Source: a virus
IMG/VR virus record: IMGVR_UViG_3300018420_002445
Span: 5,974 to 69,973 of that record
DNA: 64,000 bases
Direction: 5' to 3' (one strand)
Position numbers and translations under genes: made by a program. The first letter of the stretch is position 1. The number at the start of each line of letters is the position of its first letter. This document shows, piece after piece, positions 54,116-63,642 of the stretch. The notes beneath the pieces were generated by a model. That model worked only from the letters and a program-made list of their open reading frames with translations. It did no database searches and was not told where the DNA came from.

Positions 54116-57100
54116 TTATTTTAGTACCCATTTACTACCATTATAAATCCACTTAAGTGAGGCACCGCCTAGATAACCAGTAACATAGTTCTCATTGATT
54201 GTAATAACTCCGCCGCCGCCGCCTGTTGTACCAGTATAGCCTGCACTTCCGCCTTCTGAACCACCTGCATCTACATTATCAGCATCTGAGTTATCTGATG
54301 TTAGTGGACCATCTCCGATATCTTCGCCTTCGACACTTTCAACTGTATTTTCTGGTGCAGGATATCCTGTTATAACAGGCGTATAATCAGTAGTAAAGGG
54401 TTCAGTTTTAAATTGTGTCTTTTTCTTCGGTACAAATGTTTTTGCAATAGTTGCTAATATGTTTGAGTATGTTGTATCATCATAATCATTAGGGTTCAAG
54501 CCTTGAATGCCTTCAAGTATTGCGGCATTAAAATAATCTTCGTTGTCCGGGCCTGCAGCCTCGGCGCCGGGTGTTAATATACCGTCACCATCCTGATCAG
54601 TAGCATACCCACCTCCAAGTTGAGCATTAGACCAAGCCTTAAGACTATTTTCTATAGCACTGAATGGATTTGTTGCTGGGGCAACAGAATTGTCTACATC
54701 AATACTAGCAAATAGTGCTTCTGCGGCTTCGATTTTTGTTACCAAGTTTGTATATGTAGATGATGTTGCGGCCGCTTCGTATGCCGCTTGAGCCGCTGTA
54801 ATTTCAGGTGACCCTGCAGGGAACGTTGTTTGTACTTCAAATAGTTTTGCTTGTTTCTTAGCAATTCCTTTAGATAAAACACTTAATGTTTGTATATCTT
54901 TTGACAGTTCTTTTCTTACTGCTAGTAGATTGCTAGCCGCAGTGAGTGTACCTTGAGGTATTTCTCCTAATAAGTTAGGTCTAGGTACAATTGGATCTAA
55001 CACACTATCTATTAAGGATGTAATAGAAGATCGATCATATGTATTGACTGCAACAACAGGTAGTTTAATAGTAGACCCTCCACCTGCAGTCAAAGATGAC
55101 AACGCAGATTGCAGTGCGGCTGATGCTCCAGGACTTAACGCATTTGAAAGCGGTCCCTCTATAGCACCTGTCAATTGTTTTGTCATAGAACTAAAAGTAT
55201 CTTTGACATCTCCTAAACCAGTCCAGTTTTGATTACCCCATACAGCGGCGCCGACATCGCTGCCGCTGAATGCCAAGGCCCCTACTCCCTTTAGACCTTC
55301 AGTAACATCTTCTATGCCGTCTGCAATTGGATTAACTGCACCGACAGCATTGTTTACAACTGCGCCTGCTAGTTTTTGTCCACCAGGTAATTGACTTACA
55401 CCGGATGCGATAGTTCCTGCAATTTTTGATGATTGTCCTTGTTGTACTTGCCTTGCCGCGGCTCCTAATGTTCCTTGAACTGCTAAAGTTTCTGCACTGA
55501 CTCCAGAAGCATTCAAGGCATTTATAGATTCGCTAATTGCGGCTTTAGCCGCATCGTCACCAGATGCGGCAATTGCGGCAACTGCTCCTGCTTGAGTCGT
55601 TAACACGCCTGTAATTCCGTCAGTTACTCTAGGTCTAGTTCCTAATTCTGCATCAGGCACAACTCCTTGTGTAATGAATGGGGCCGTTCCATCGCCCAAC
55701 GCCGTTGCAAGGTCTGAATCAATTGAGTCTGCAAGTGCTAAATCTAATCCCGTCATACCAGCACTTGCTCCGGCGACGCCGGCTGCGGCTGCGCCTGCAG
55801 TTGCTACTAAATCAACAGGAACGTCAGCAGGTAAAACAGGGAATGAATTAACGATAGATTTAAATGATGATGCCGCCGCTCCTATATTTAGATCGGCACC
55901 GACACCTGGTAAATCAAGACCGCTGTTACTAAGTGTATCTAATGCTGATACAATGCCACCACCGGCACCTGACAAAGCAGATGCTATCATTGCTGATGAA
56001 CCGCTTTTCATTTTTGATAGTACTTCGGCTTTGGCTCCTGAAACACTTAGATCACTTCCTTGACTTTTATAACTGGTAATTATGCTCCCTACATCTTGTG
56101 CATTTTCTGCTACATTTCCTTTATCTGCTAATGTTGTTGCTGTACCCTGTACAAGTGCCCCGATACCGCCTGAGTTTTCTTTACCTGATATGGCTTTTAT
56201 TTCTTGTAATGCTTTTTGTCCTTTCTGTAATACTTGTACTGAAGATTTTGCCTGTGCTCCTGTAGAATTTGTAAATTGTTCTAATGTGTTAACACCATCT
56301 TTTCCAGTAAATGCAGTTGATGGCATAACTGATGATAATTTATCGGGACTAATAAAGCCATCAAAATCACCATTTGCTTGTACGTTTTCACTGCTAACTA
56401 GTTTCCCGGCGTTCGCCGCAATCAAAGTATTAACCATAGTATCGGCGCCTGGCTTAAGAATGCCGCCTGCCGCCATTTGCGATGGGGTTTGACCAAATAC
56501 ACCTATGACTGCTGTTGATGAGGCTGTTGTTGAATTAACTCCATTAACAGAGTTAATGTCTGTAACTACCGCTTTAAGTTGACCTCCTGCCCCTCCTATA
56601 CCAAAATCTGAAGCAGTATCTTGTGCTATGCTACCTAACATTTGTGCTGTAGCATTTTTATCTATTGCATCACTAATGCTACCCACTTCATTAATTGTTG
56701 CGGCAGTTGAAGGGTTGGTTAAGGCTGTTGTTCCTCCTAAATCTCCGGCCAAGTCTGCATTTAAATCTGCTACTGTCTCTGGTGGTTCTGCAGGAAGTGC
56801 GCCAGATGCTGAAGGGTCAACTTGTACATCTGCTCCCTGATTTGCATTCATCCAAGGCATATGAGCAGGTGCACGTGAAGTAATACTTGGAAGTTTTGCT
56901 AGTGCGGCAGCCCAGCCCTTGACATCATCAAATAATGTGTCTGGGTGCATGACAACTTCTATAGGCTCAACTTCATCTGGTGATAAACTTGCGGCTCCGT
57001 CGTTTAAATGTATTTTTGTACCTTCGTTAAAAATTTCAGCATCGGATTTTATTCCTACTTGCCCGGTAGCAGCCATTGCAAGTGCGGCGTCTGCTTTAAA

Positions 57101-58240
57101 TTTTAAGTTTTGTAATGCATATAAACTGTAGTCTTCTCCTACTCTTTGTTTAAATACCTTATCAGTATTCATTGTAGTATTTTCAGATGCGTTTATGTTT
57201 ACGTTTTTTGCATTTAAGTTAAGTGTTTCGTCTGCATGTAAGTTGAGATCACCCTGAGTACGTAGGTTAATAGAGTTTGTACTAAAGACATCTACAGTAC
57301 CTTCTTTTCCCAATTCAATATATGATTGCCCATTTGCATGTAAGATAGATAACATTTGTCCGTCATCACTCATCAGTATTTGATGACCTAATGATGTACG
57401 TAATCTAATTAATTGATCTCTACCAATGATGTCTCCATCATCCATGACAAGTGAGTGTCCACCTCGTCTTGTTACTACTCTAAAGTCTTGTGGATCATCT
57501 CCTAATTTACCTGCAATGTCTTCATCTGTTGCACCGCCTATATAAACAGGACGACCCGGAGTGCTTACGCCCCACCCTACTCTACTTGATGCTTCTCTTG
57601 TTGCACTTGAGCCTATAGGACCTCTATACTTGTCTCTTAGAACACCTTGTTGTTGCATAATAGATGCAGTAAAACTATGAACTGGTTTTGCGTCTTTTAA
57701 ATAATTAACACTGTCTGCAATATCTTTGTTGTTTGTGTTGATATTAGTAGTGGGTAATCTTGTTGCACCACCATATGACGCCGCTTCTGCTCCGTTAAGA
57801 GTTACATTTTCCGATGCACCTATCGCAGGTATCATCGATAATGTTTCTGGTTTAGGTATTGTTCCTATATAAAATCCATAGTTAGGATCACCATTAACAA
57901 ATATACAAATAACTTGAGTTTGTTTATCTGGTGGTGCATTCCATTGTCCATAAGAACTAGGGTTTTGGGTATATGATCCATACTCTCCTATCTCGTCTGG
58001 ACCTAAAGGCGCTGTTTGCCCTGCAAAAGTTGCAAGTCTACCTACCCATAGCCAGTTGTTAGCATTGTATGCATCTTTGTCTAAATTTTCAGAAGGATAA
58101 ACAGCAATACGTCCTTGGTGTGTAGGATCGACAGTACTCATTACTGTACAAAGAATAGGTACATCGATTACAGAGGCTACTCCCGCTCCGGGTTGATTCT
58201 TTTTTAATTTCCCTCTGGGCTTAAAAACATCAATAGCCAT
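54116..58240 (-). CDS. gp5: Baseplate hub/spike protein, gp5/VgrG-like N-terminus with a long Ala/Gly-rich extension
   Basis: DPTHQGRIAV, SYGQWNAPPD, IFVNGDP..GFYIG (OB-fold), RRGGHSLVMDDG, GHQILMSD and beta-helix-like repeats. Confidence 0.72.
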   Translation of the reverse strand: MAIDVFKPRGKLKKNQPGAGVASVIDVPILCTVMSTVDPTHQGRIAVYPSENLDKDAYNANNWLWVGRLATFAGQTAPLGPDEIGEYGSYTQNPSSYGQWNAPPDKQTQVICIFVNGDPNYGFYIGTIPKPETLSMIPAIGASENVTLNGAEAASYGGATRLPTTNINTNNKDIADSVNYLKDAKPVHSFTASIMQQQGVLRDKYRGPIGSSATREASSRVGWGVSTPGRPVYIGGATDEDIAGKLGDDPQDFRVVTRRGGHSLVMDDGDIIGRDQLIRLRTSLGHQILMSDDGQMLSILHANGQSYIELGKEGTVDVFSTNSINLRTQGDLNLHADETLNLNAKNVNINASENTTMNTDKVFKQRVGEDYSLYALQNLKFKADAALAMAATGQVGIKSDAEIFNEGTKIHLNDGAASLSPDEVEPIEVVMHPDTLFDDVKGWAAALAKLPSITSRAPAHMPWMNANQGADVQVDPSASGALPAEPPETVADLNADLAGDLGGTTALTNPSTAATINEVGSISDAIDKNATAQMLGSIAQDTASDFGIGGAGGQLKAVVTDINSVNGVNSTTASSTAVIGVFGQTPSQMAAGGILKPGADTMVNTLIAANAGKLVSSENVQANGDFDGFISPDKLSSVMPSTAFTGKDGVNTLEQFTNSTGAQAKSSVQVLQKGQKALQEIKAISGKENSGGIGALVQGTATTLADKGNVAENAQDVGSIITSYKSQGSDLSVSGAKAEVLSKMKSGSSAMIASALSGAGGGIVSALDTLSNSGLDLPGVGADLNIGAAASSFKSIVNSFPVLPADVPVDLVATAGAAAAGVAGASAGMTGLDLALADSIDSDLATALGDGTAPFITQGVVPDAELGTRPRVTDGITGVLTTQAGAVAAIAASGDDAAKAAISESINALNASGVSAETLAVQGTLGAAARQVQQGQSSKIAGTIASGVSQLPGGQKLAGAVVNNAVGAVNPIADGIEDVTEGLKGVGALAFSGSDVGAAVWGNQNWTGLGDVKDTFSSMTKQLTGAIEGPLSNALSPGASAALQSALSSLTAGGGSTIKLPVVAVNTYDRSSITSLIDSVLDPIVPRPNLLGEIPQGTLTAASNLLAVRKELSKDIQTLSVLSKGIAKKQAKLFEVQTTFPAGSPEITAAQAAYEAAATSSTYTNLVTKIEAAEALFASIDVDNSVAPATNPFSAIENSLKAWSNAQLGGGYATDQDGDGILTPGAEAAGPDNEDYFNAAILEGIQGLNPNDYDDTTYSNILATIAKTFVPKKKTQFKTEPFTTDYTPVITGYPAPENTVESVEGEDIGDGPLTSDNSDADNVDAGGSEGGSAGYTGTTGGGGGVITINENYVTGYLGGASLKWIYNGSKWVLK

Positions 58241-60318
58241 TATGTATCATCGTTTCCTTCGTTATTTTCACTTTCACCTTGTTCTTGTGCTCCTGCTTCA
58301 TCTCCTGATGTTTCTATAGGTTCAGGATCTGCGAATGTATTAATTGCACAGGATAATTCTTGTGTGAATTTCCCGTCACTAAAAGTACTATCTATAGTTA
58401 TGACTTTATAACTTACCCCTTTAATTTGTTCTTCTATTGCTGTAGGATATCTGAAAAATAAAATAGAGTCATTAAGATCCATTACACCTGTTTCGCCATT
58501 GTAATCTATTGCTTCTTTAAAATCAATTTCAATAAAGACTTGACCACCGTTTGCAGTTACTCTAAATCCATCGTCTCCATAAAATCTTTGATAGAGGTTA
58601 TCTATTGCTGACCGATGTTCCTGTACTAGAAAATCAGGATCTCCCAATATTTTAATTTTTGCGGTAGCATAAGAATCAGGAGAATAAAGACTTGTTACAT
58701 ATTCATTCTGCGATGATCTACCTCCACCTACAGCATTGAGTGTTGGCATAGATGTTTTTTTGTTTGTTGCAACTGGAGTTTGTGCGGCGCCGCCTGATCC
58801 TCTACCTTTTTCATCGGCTGGCGCCGCTTCGCCGTCGACAGTTTTAACGTTTAAATTTGCATTTCCTAATACTTCATTGTAAAATAAATTATCTAATTTC
58901 TGTGAGTATTCTAAAATTTCTCTGTTTTCTCCGGTCCACCAATATTCATATCTTTTATGGGGACCATAATAATCAGTCGATGGGTTTGTAACACTTGTAG
59001 TAACAATAGGTGTTTCATATCTTTCTATTATAAAAAGAGTTTGATATGCCCAATCAACTACAATACTATCCCATTTGGCTTTTTGAATAACCGGTGTTAC
59101 TTTATACCAAGCAACTTTTGTATCACTGCCTGGATCTTCTTGTGGTTGTTCTCCTGTTGTTAAGTCAGGAGTAGCCTGACTTTTATAGATGGCTTTTAAT
59201 GCATCATACATATAACCACTGCCTTTAAGAATTTCATCAAAGATTTCTATAAACGTAGTGTCGCCATTAAATATTATTTTTCTATGTGCATCGTTTGGTA
59301 CTGCTGTCGCGGCTTCAGCATCAGTTGCGTTATCTGTATTTAATGCGCCGCCGTCTGGTCCGCACCATTTACTTTTGTCTGTGTCTGTAGGCAAAATAAG
59401 TCTAGCATCTTTAATAGCATCTACTCCATCTCCTACATATTTTACTTGATATACATTTGGAAATTCTGCTTCGCCATTTTGAACCTTTTGTGCTTCTATC
59501 GCATTAAGTTGTGTGAATAATCCTACACCAGGTATTGGAGGATCAGCATTTGGATCTCCTCCTTGCAGGGCTTGATCAAATGTCTGACCAGAAATTGTTT
59601 TAGTTGAATCTATTCTGCCTCTTTTTGTACCAAATGCTTTTCCAGGAGATAATGCTACACCTGATAATGCATATCTGGTTGCACCACCTTCAATTGAAAA
59701 TTTAATACCTGTAATACTTATATCATAATATGTTTGAAAAATAGAGTTGCCACTTGCATTTGGATCCAGCACGTCACCTTCGAAATCTTGGTCTCCTGAT
59801 ATTAAATTACCACTAGCATCGTAACCTAAAAATTTAATACCTATAATAAAAAACTGCCTGCTTGGATTTTCAACTGCACCATTACCTGAATATCCTGTTT
59901 CGTTGTAATATGATTGTAATTGATCACTGGCTCTTTTTAGTTTTGTGTTGAAAGAAAACCCATATGGCTCTATAATATCAAACGAGACTGAATAAGTGTT
60001 AGTAGACGATTGTGTGGCAGCACCATTGATTGCTTGTTTTAGTTTAAAATTATCTATATAGTAATCTAAATCAAAACCTGGTGCCCTTTGAGATGCATCA
60101 TTATTGATGCCACCTGATTGTGCAATTAAATATGCACCGCCCGTGTTCTCTTCCCCTGATGCTTCTGCTAATGCATTAATTGATCTTCTGCCTGTTGCAT
60201 TAAAAGCATCGTATGCATCCGGAGTAATCATATACAGACTTAATTGGTAAGTATAGGAAGACAGAACTCCTAACGGGTTTTTTAATCTTCTGCCAGGTGC
60301 ATCAGTTGGACTTGGCAT
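58240..60318 (-). CDS. Putative baseplate hub protein (gp27-like position)
   Basis: NPL...SYTYQLSL, IIEPYG, ILGDPDFL and FSDGKFTQEL; lies between the gp53-like and gp5-like genes. Confidence 0.55.
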   Translation of the reverse strand: MPSPTDAPGRRLKNPLGVLSSYTYQLSLYMITPDAYDAFNATGRRSINALAEASGEENTGGAYLIAQSGGINNDASQRAPGFDLDYYIDNFKLKQAINGAATQSSTNTYSVSFDIIEPYGFSFNTKLKRASDQLQSYYNETGYSGNGAVENPSRQFFIIGIKFLGYDASGNLISGDQDFEGDVLDPNASGNSIFQTYYDISITGIKFSIEGGATRYALSGVALSPGKAFGTKRGRIDSTKTISGQTFDQALQGGDPNADPPIPGVGLFTQLNAIEAQKVQNGEAEFPNVYQVKYVGDGVDAIKDARLILPTDTDKSKWCGPDGGALNTDNATDAEAATAVPNDAHRKIIFNGDTTFIEIFDEILKGSGYMYDALKAIYKSQATPDLTTGEQPQEDPGSDTKVAWYKVTPVIQKAKWDSIVVDWAYQTLFIIERYETPIVTTSVTNPSTDYYGPHKRYEYWWTGENREILEYSQKLDNLFYNEVLGNANLNVKTVDGEAAPADEKGRGSGGAAQTPVATNKKTSMPTLNAVGGGRSSQNEYVTSLYSPDSYATAKIKILGDPDFLVQEHRSAIDNLYQRFYGDDGFRVTANGGQVFIEIDFKEAIDYNGETGVMDLNDSILFFRYPTAIEEQIKGVSYKVITIDSTFSDGKFTQELSCAINTFADPEPIETSGDEAGAQEQGESENNEGNDDT

Positions 60319-60641
60319 TATATGCTCAATACTCTTTTAAGAGTATCCATAGTAGGAACATATATTTTTGCTCCTGAAACAAAATTAAAATATGGATCGG
60401 GTCCTAATAAATTGGGGTTACGTGCCGCAAACACCCACCATAAACGTGAATCATTATATAAATGTTCTGCTAACATATCAGGTCTAAATTCATATTGTGG
60501 TGTAATAGTAAAAGATGCGTCTGATTGCAATCTAGGTATTTTTGGAAACGGTTCCATAATACCTAAATATTTACCATCAATGACTTCTGTTCTGTTATAT
60601 GGACTTGAGGGTGGGTATATATTATTTGTAGCCATTACCAA
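60318..60641 (-). CDS. gp53: Baseplate wedge protein, gp53/LysM-like
   Basis: YEFRPDMLAEHLYNDSRLWWVFAARNP. Confidence 0.75.
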   Translation of the reverse strand: MVMATNNIYPPSSPYNRTEVIDGKYLGIMEPFPKIPRLQSDASFTITPQYEFRPDMLAEHLYNDSRLWWVFAARNPNLLGPDPYFNFVSGAKIYVPTMDTLKRVLSI

Positions 60642-61399
60642 ATTCCTGGTTTATCATTTTGTGATCCGCGTAATAATTTTCCTGTTGCATACTCTTTAAC
60701 ACTAAAGTCATTACTAATTGTATTTCTACTAACAACAGGTACGCATGTAAGTGTTATTGTAATTTTTGTAGGGACATATGTGATTGCTTGATCTTCTGTG
60801 TCAATAAATGTCGCAGGAGGCCTGTTGCCACCTGGTTGCAGTTGACCACCTATTAAATTAAGATTAGATGTTGAAGATGCATCGTCTGTATTTGTTGCTC
60901 GGATATAGTCAACATTATTGGGTAAATTATAAGAAAAATTAGTAACAACGACAGGATGATTGTCTAATTGAAATGCTCCTAATCCATAAAAGAAACCTAA
61001 TGGAGGAGGAGTTCCGTTTGTTGGGTTTTCGTCTTGTCCATAAAACATTTTAGTCATTGCTTTGAAAAAATGTATTGATGCTAATAAGTAATTTGCTTCA
61101 AATGTGTCTTGTGCTGTAAAGTCTGCGGTTACTGTTACTTGCTCTACTGCACTATTCATATATTGTTGAATTCTAAAGTTTGTATGAGTTGGCAATACAC
61201 CATCATAATTTGCTACATATGAAGTATTAATTGTAGGAGTATATGGAAAAACAACTCCGTCTGTTTTTGCTAGAGGAGCCATGATGCCAGGTGGATCAGC
61301 CCTATACAAATAATTAGCCGTTGATGCCAATGATAGTCGTACTCTCCAGTCGGCTAGTCTAACATCTGCGGCTGTATTTGCTTGGTCTTCTGCTGACAT
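60635..61399 (-). CDS. Tail-tube initiator / baseplate protein, gp48/gp54-like
   Basis: VVFPYTP, TKMFYG...GTPPP, PVVVTNFSYNLPNNVDY and VPTKITITL; first gene of the baseplate operon. Confidence 0.55.
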   Translation of the reverse strand: MSAEDQANTAADVRLADWRVRLSLASTANYLYRADPPGIMAPLAKTDGVVFPYTPTINTSYVANYDGVLPTHTNFRIQQYMNSAVEQVTVTADFTAQDTFEANYLLASIHFFKAMTKMFYGQDENPTNGTPPPLGFFYGLGAFQLDNHPVVVTNFSYNLPNNVDYIRATNTDDASSTSNLNLIGGQLQPGGNRPPATFIDTEDQAITYVPTKITITLTCVPVVSRNTISNDFSVKEYATGKLLRGSQNDKPGIW

Positions 61400-61439
61400 A
61401 TATGATTTCTCCGAATATTTCCCAAGACTTACCTATTTG

Positions 61440-61471
61440 TATAAATAGTAGTCTTACATGATATATTTATC
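61440..61471. promoter_or_regulatory. Face-to-face late-promoter-like boxes (TATAAATA on +, GATAAATA on -)
   Basis: + strand box at 61440-61447; - strand box at 61464-61471. Confidence 0.55.
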
Positions 61472-61505
61472 TATTACAAAAACCACTAAATTTTACCCGT
61501 TCATG

Positions 61506-61534
61506 TTGCATTCGGGAAAGAAATCACATAGAAT
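61506..61534 (+). promoter_or_regulatory. Sigma70-like promoter upstream of the gp55-like gene
   Basis: TTGCAT-N17-TAGAAT; a GAGG SD precedes ATG 61585. Confidence 0.5.
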
Positions 61535-61584
61535 AGATATATCGACTCCATACTTGTCGAAATAATCAAACTAGAGGAATATTA

Positions 61585-62538
61585 ATGCCAGCACCACGCA
61601 AAACAACAAATTATCTTAATAACAAGGATATATTAAAAGAAATTCACAAAAGCAAATCATCATATTGCTATTTTACTAAAAAAGATTATCATCAATATGA
61701 TCTAATTACTGATTTGGATCTTGCTAATGATGGTCAAACAGGCATTGAAAAGAGTCTGACATGGGCACTTAAGCCTGAACAGATTCAACAAGCAAAAGAA
61801 AACAAAGCCGCACGTTTATCAGCAGAGCAAGGCTTGACCGGAAAAAACAAAATTGATCCAGCAACGATTGAAACAGATGGATTAATCTTTAGAGTTATGA
61901 CTTGGGACCATATTCCTGTTGCACAAAAGCAACCTAGAAAAGTTACTAAGAAAAAGAAAGCGGCAGACATTATTGATTTTGAAGACGATTTAAGTGCAAA
62001 CCAAGATTTGTTCTCAGATATAGAAGACAAGAAAACAAAGAAAGAAGTTGAAGACTTAGTTCACGTAAAAGTTAACTTCCCTCCTTTTCAGCATTTTAGA
62101 TTAGATGCTGAAACAATGTCTACCCATTTAGTTGGCAAGTCACATTGGAAGGGCGGTCTTAAGACTGGTAAATTTACTGCGACTGACGGTAATCTTACAG
62201 ATAAGTTAGCACGTATGTACATTATGTTATGTGAAAAGTATGCTATGAAGTTTAACTGGCGTGGCTATACTTACAATGACGAAATGAGACAAAGTGCCAT
62301 TCTTCAATTGACTTATGTCGGCTTAAGATTCAATGAAGCCAAGTCAGCAAATCCATTCGCATATTACACTGCGGCAATTACAAATAGTTTCTGTAGAGTT
62401 CTTAACTCTGAAAAACGTAACCAAAATATCAGAGACGATATTTTAGAAATGAATGGGTTGAATCCTTCGTTCACTAGACAGATGAAAGATTACAACGGTT
62501 TAGGTTACGAAAAGAAAGCAGAAGCATACTCTGAATAA
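61585..62538 (+). CDS. gp55: Late-transcription sigma factor, T4 gp55-like
   Basis: NYLNNKDILKEI, FNWRGYTYNDEM and FNEAKSANPFAYYTAAITNSF; synteny with gp47-gp46. Confidence 0.82.
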   Translation: MPAPRKTTNYLNNKDILKEIHKSKSSYCYFTKKDYHQYDLITDLDLANDGQTGIEKSLTWALKPEQIQQAKENKAARLSAEQGLTGKNKIDPATIETDGLIFRVMTWDHIPVAQKQPRKVTKKKKAADIIDFEDDLSANQDLFSDIEDKKTKKEVEDLVHVKVNFPPFQHFRLDAETMSTHLVGKSHWKGGLKTGKFTATDGNLTDKLARMYIMLCEKYAMKFNWRGYTYNDEMRQSAILQLTYVGLRFNEAKSANPFAYYTAAITNSFCRVLNSEKRNQNIRDDILEMNGLNPSFTRQMKDYNGLGYEKKAEAYSE

Positions 62539-62546
62539 CATTTTCG

Positions 62547-62579
62547 GGCAAACAAGGCATCCAAATGTCTTGCTTTGCC
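62547..62579 (+). other. Inverted repeat / hairpin after the gp55-like gene
   Basis: GGCAAACAAGGCAT-ccaa-ATGTCTTGCTTTGCC: a 14-bp stem with one bulge and one G-U pair; no strong U tract. Confidence 0.55.
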
Positions 62580-62598
62580 TACCTTTAACATGTATAAT
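62570..62598 (+). promoter_or_regulatory. Sigma70-like promoter upstream of the gp47-like gene
   Basis: TTGCTT-N17-TATAAT. Confidence 0.55.
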
Positions 62599-62625
62599 AG
62601 ATGTTGAATACTGGGAAAACTAATT

Positions 62626-63642
62626 ATGTCAAATCTTTTTAAAAAGGCAGCCGTATTCACAGATATACACTTCGGTTTAAAGAGCAATAGCATACAACAT
62701 AACCGAGACTGTAGTGATTTTGTGGATTGGTTTATTGATAAATCAAAAGAAGAAGGCTGTGAAACATGTTTGTTCTTAGGTGATTGGAATCATCACAGAG
62801 CAAGTATTAACATGCATACCTTACAGTTCGGACTTAATGCATTAGAAAAACTAAACGATGCATTTGAAAAAGTTTATTTCATAACAGGTAACCACGATCT
62901 TTATTACAGAGACAAACGTGACATTCATTCAGTCGAATGGGCTAAACATCTCAAAAACGTAGTCATTGTCGATCACTTTATCGAAGAGGGTAACTGTGTT
63001 ATTGCTCCTTGGTTATGTGGTGATGACTATAAACTTCTTAAAAAGAAGAAAGGTAAATATTTGTTTGCTCATTTAGAGTTACCACACTTTTATATGAATG
63101 CTATGATAGAAATGCCTGATCATGGCGAGACTAATGCTGACCATTTATCTCATTTTGAAAAAGTATTCTCTGGGCATTTCCATAAACGTCAAGCAAGAAA
63201 AAATATTTGGTATATGGGTAATGCTTTCCCACACAACTATGCAGATGCAGGTGATGATGCTAGAGGCATGATGGTACTAGAATGGGATAAAGAACCCGAG
63301 TTTCATTCATGGCCCGATCAACCTGTATACAGAGTGTACAAACTAAGTGAAGTATTAGATAACCCAGAAGGGTTGCTAATTAAGAATGCTCATGTTAGAG
63401 TACATTTAGATATCGATATATCTTATGAAGAATCAAACTTTATAAGAGAACAATTGATACCAAAACATGAATTAAGAGAAATGTCGTTGATTCCTGTTAA
63501 GTCTGACGAACATGCACAAGACTTAGCACCCGGTGAGATTTCTTTTGAAAGTGTTGATTCAATTATTATCGAACAGATTAAAAACATAGAATCTGATTTC
63601 TATGACAAGGGTGTACTATTGGAGATTTATCAGTCTATATGA
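62626..63642 (+). CDS. gp47: Recombination endonuclease subunit (gp47/Mre11/SbcD-like metallophosphoesterase)
   Basis: FTDIHFG, FLGDW, GNHD, AHLE and SGHFH motifs. Confidence 0.92.
   Translation: MSNLFKKAAVFTDIHFGLKSNSIQHNRDCSDFVDWFIDKSKEEGCETCLFLGDWNHHRASINMHTLQFGLNALEKLNDAFEKVYFITGNHDLYYRDKRDIHSVEWAKHLKNVVIVDHFIEEGNCVIAPWLCGDDYKLLKKKKGKYLFAHLELPHFYMNAMIEMPDHGETNADHLSHFEKVFSGHFHKRQARKNIWYMGNAFPHNYADAGDDARGMMVLEWDKEPEFHSWPDQPVYRVYKLSEVLDNPEGLLIKNAHVRVHLDIDISYEESNFIREQLIPKHELREMSLIPVKSDEHAQDLAPGEISFESVDSIIIEQIKNIESDFYDKGVLLEIYQSI

Noticed and set aside
50233-61399. Extracellular contractile injection system or T6SS locus
   Set aside because: The adjacent gp55/gp47/gp46-like genes and T4-type late boxes indicate a true phage.
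187-62693. Many short ORFs from the track lying antisense or out of frame inside long genes (e.g. 187..471, 13494..13808, 29483..29923, 55674..56492, 60322..60699)
   Set aside because: They are shadow ORFs overlapping well-supported genes and show no recognisable motifs.
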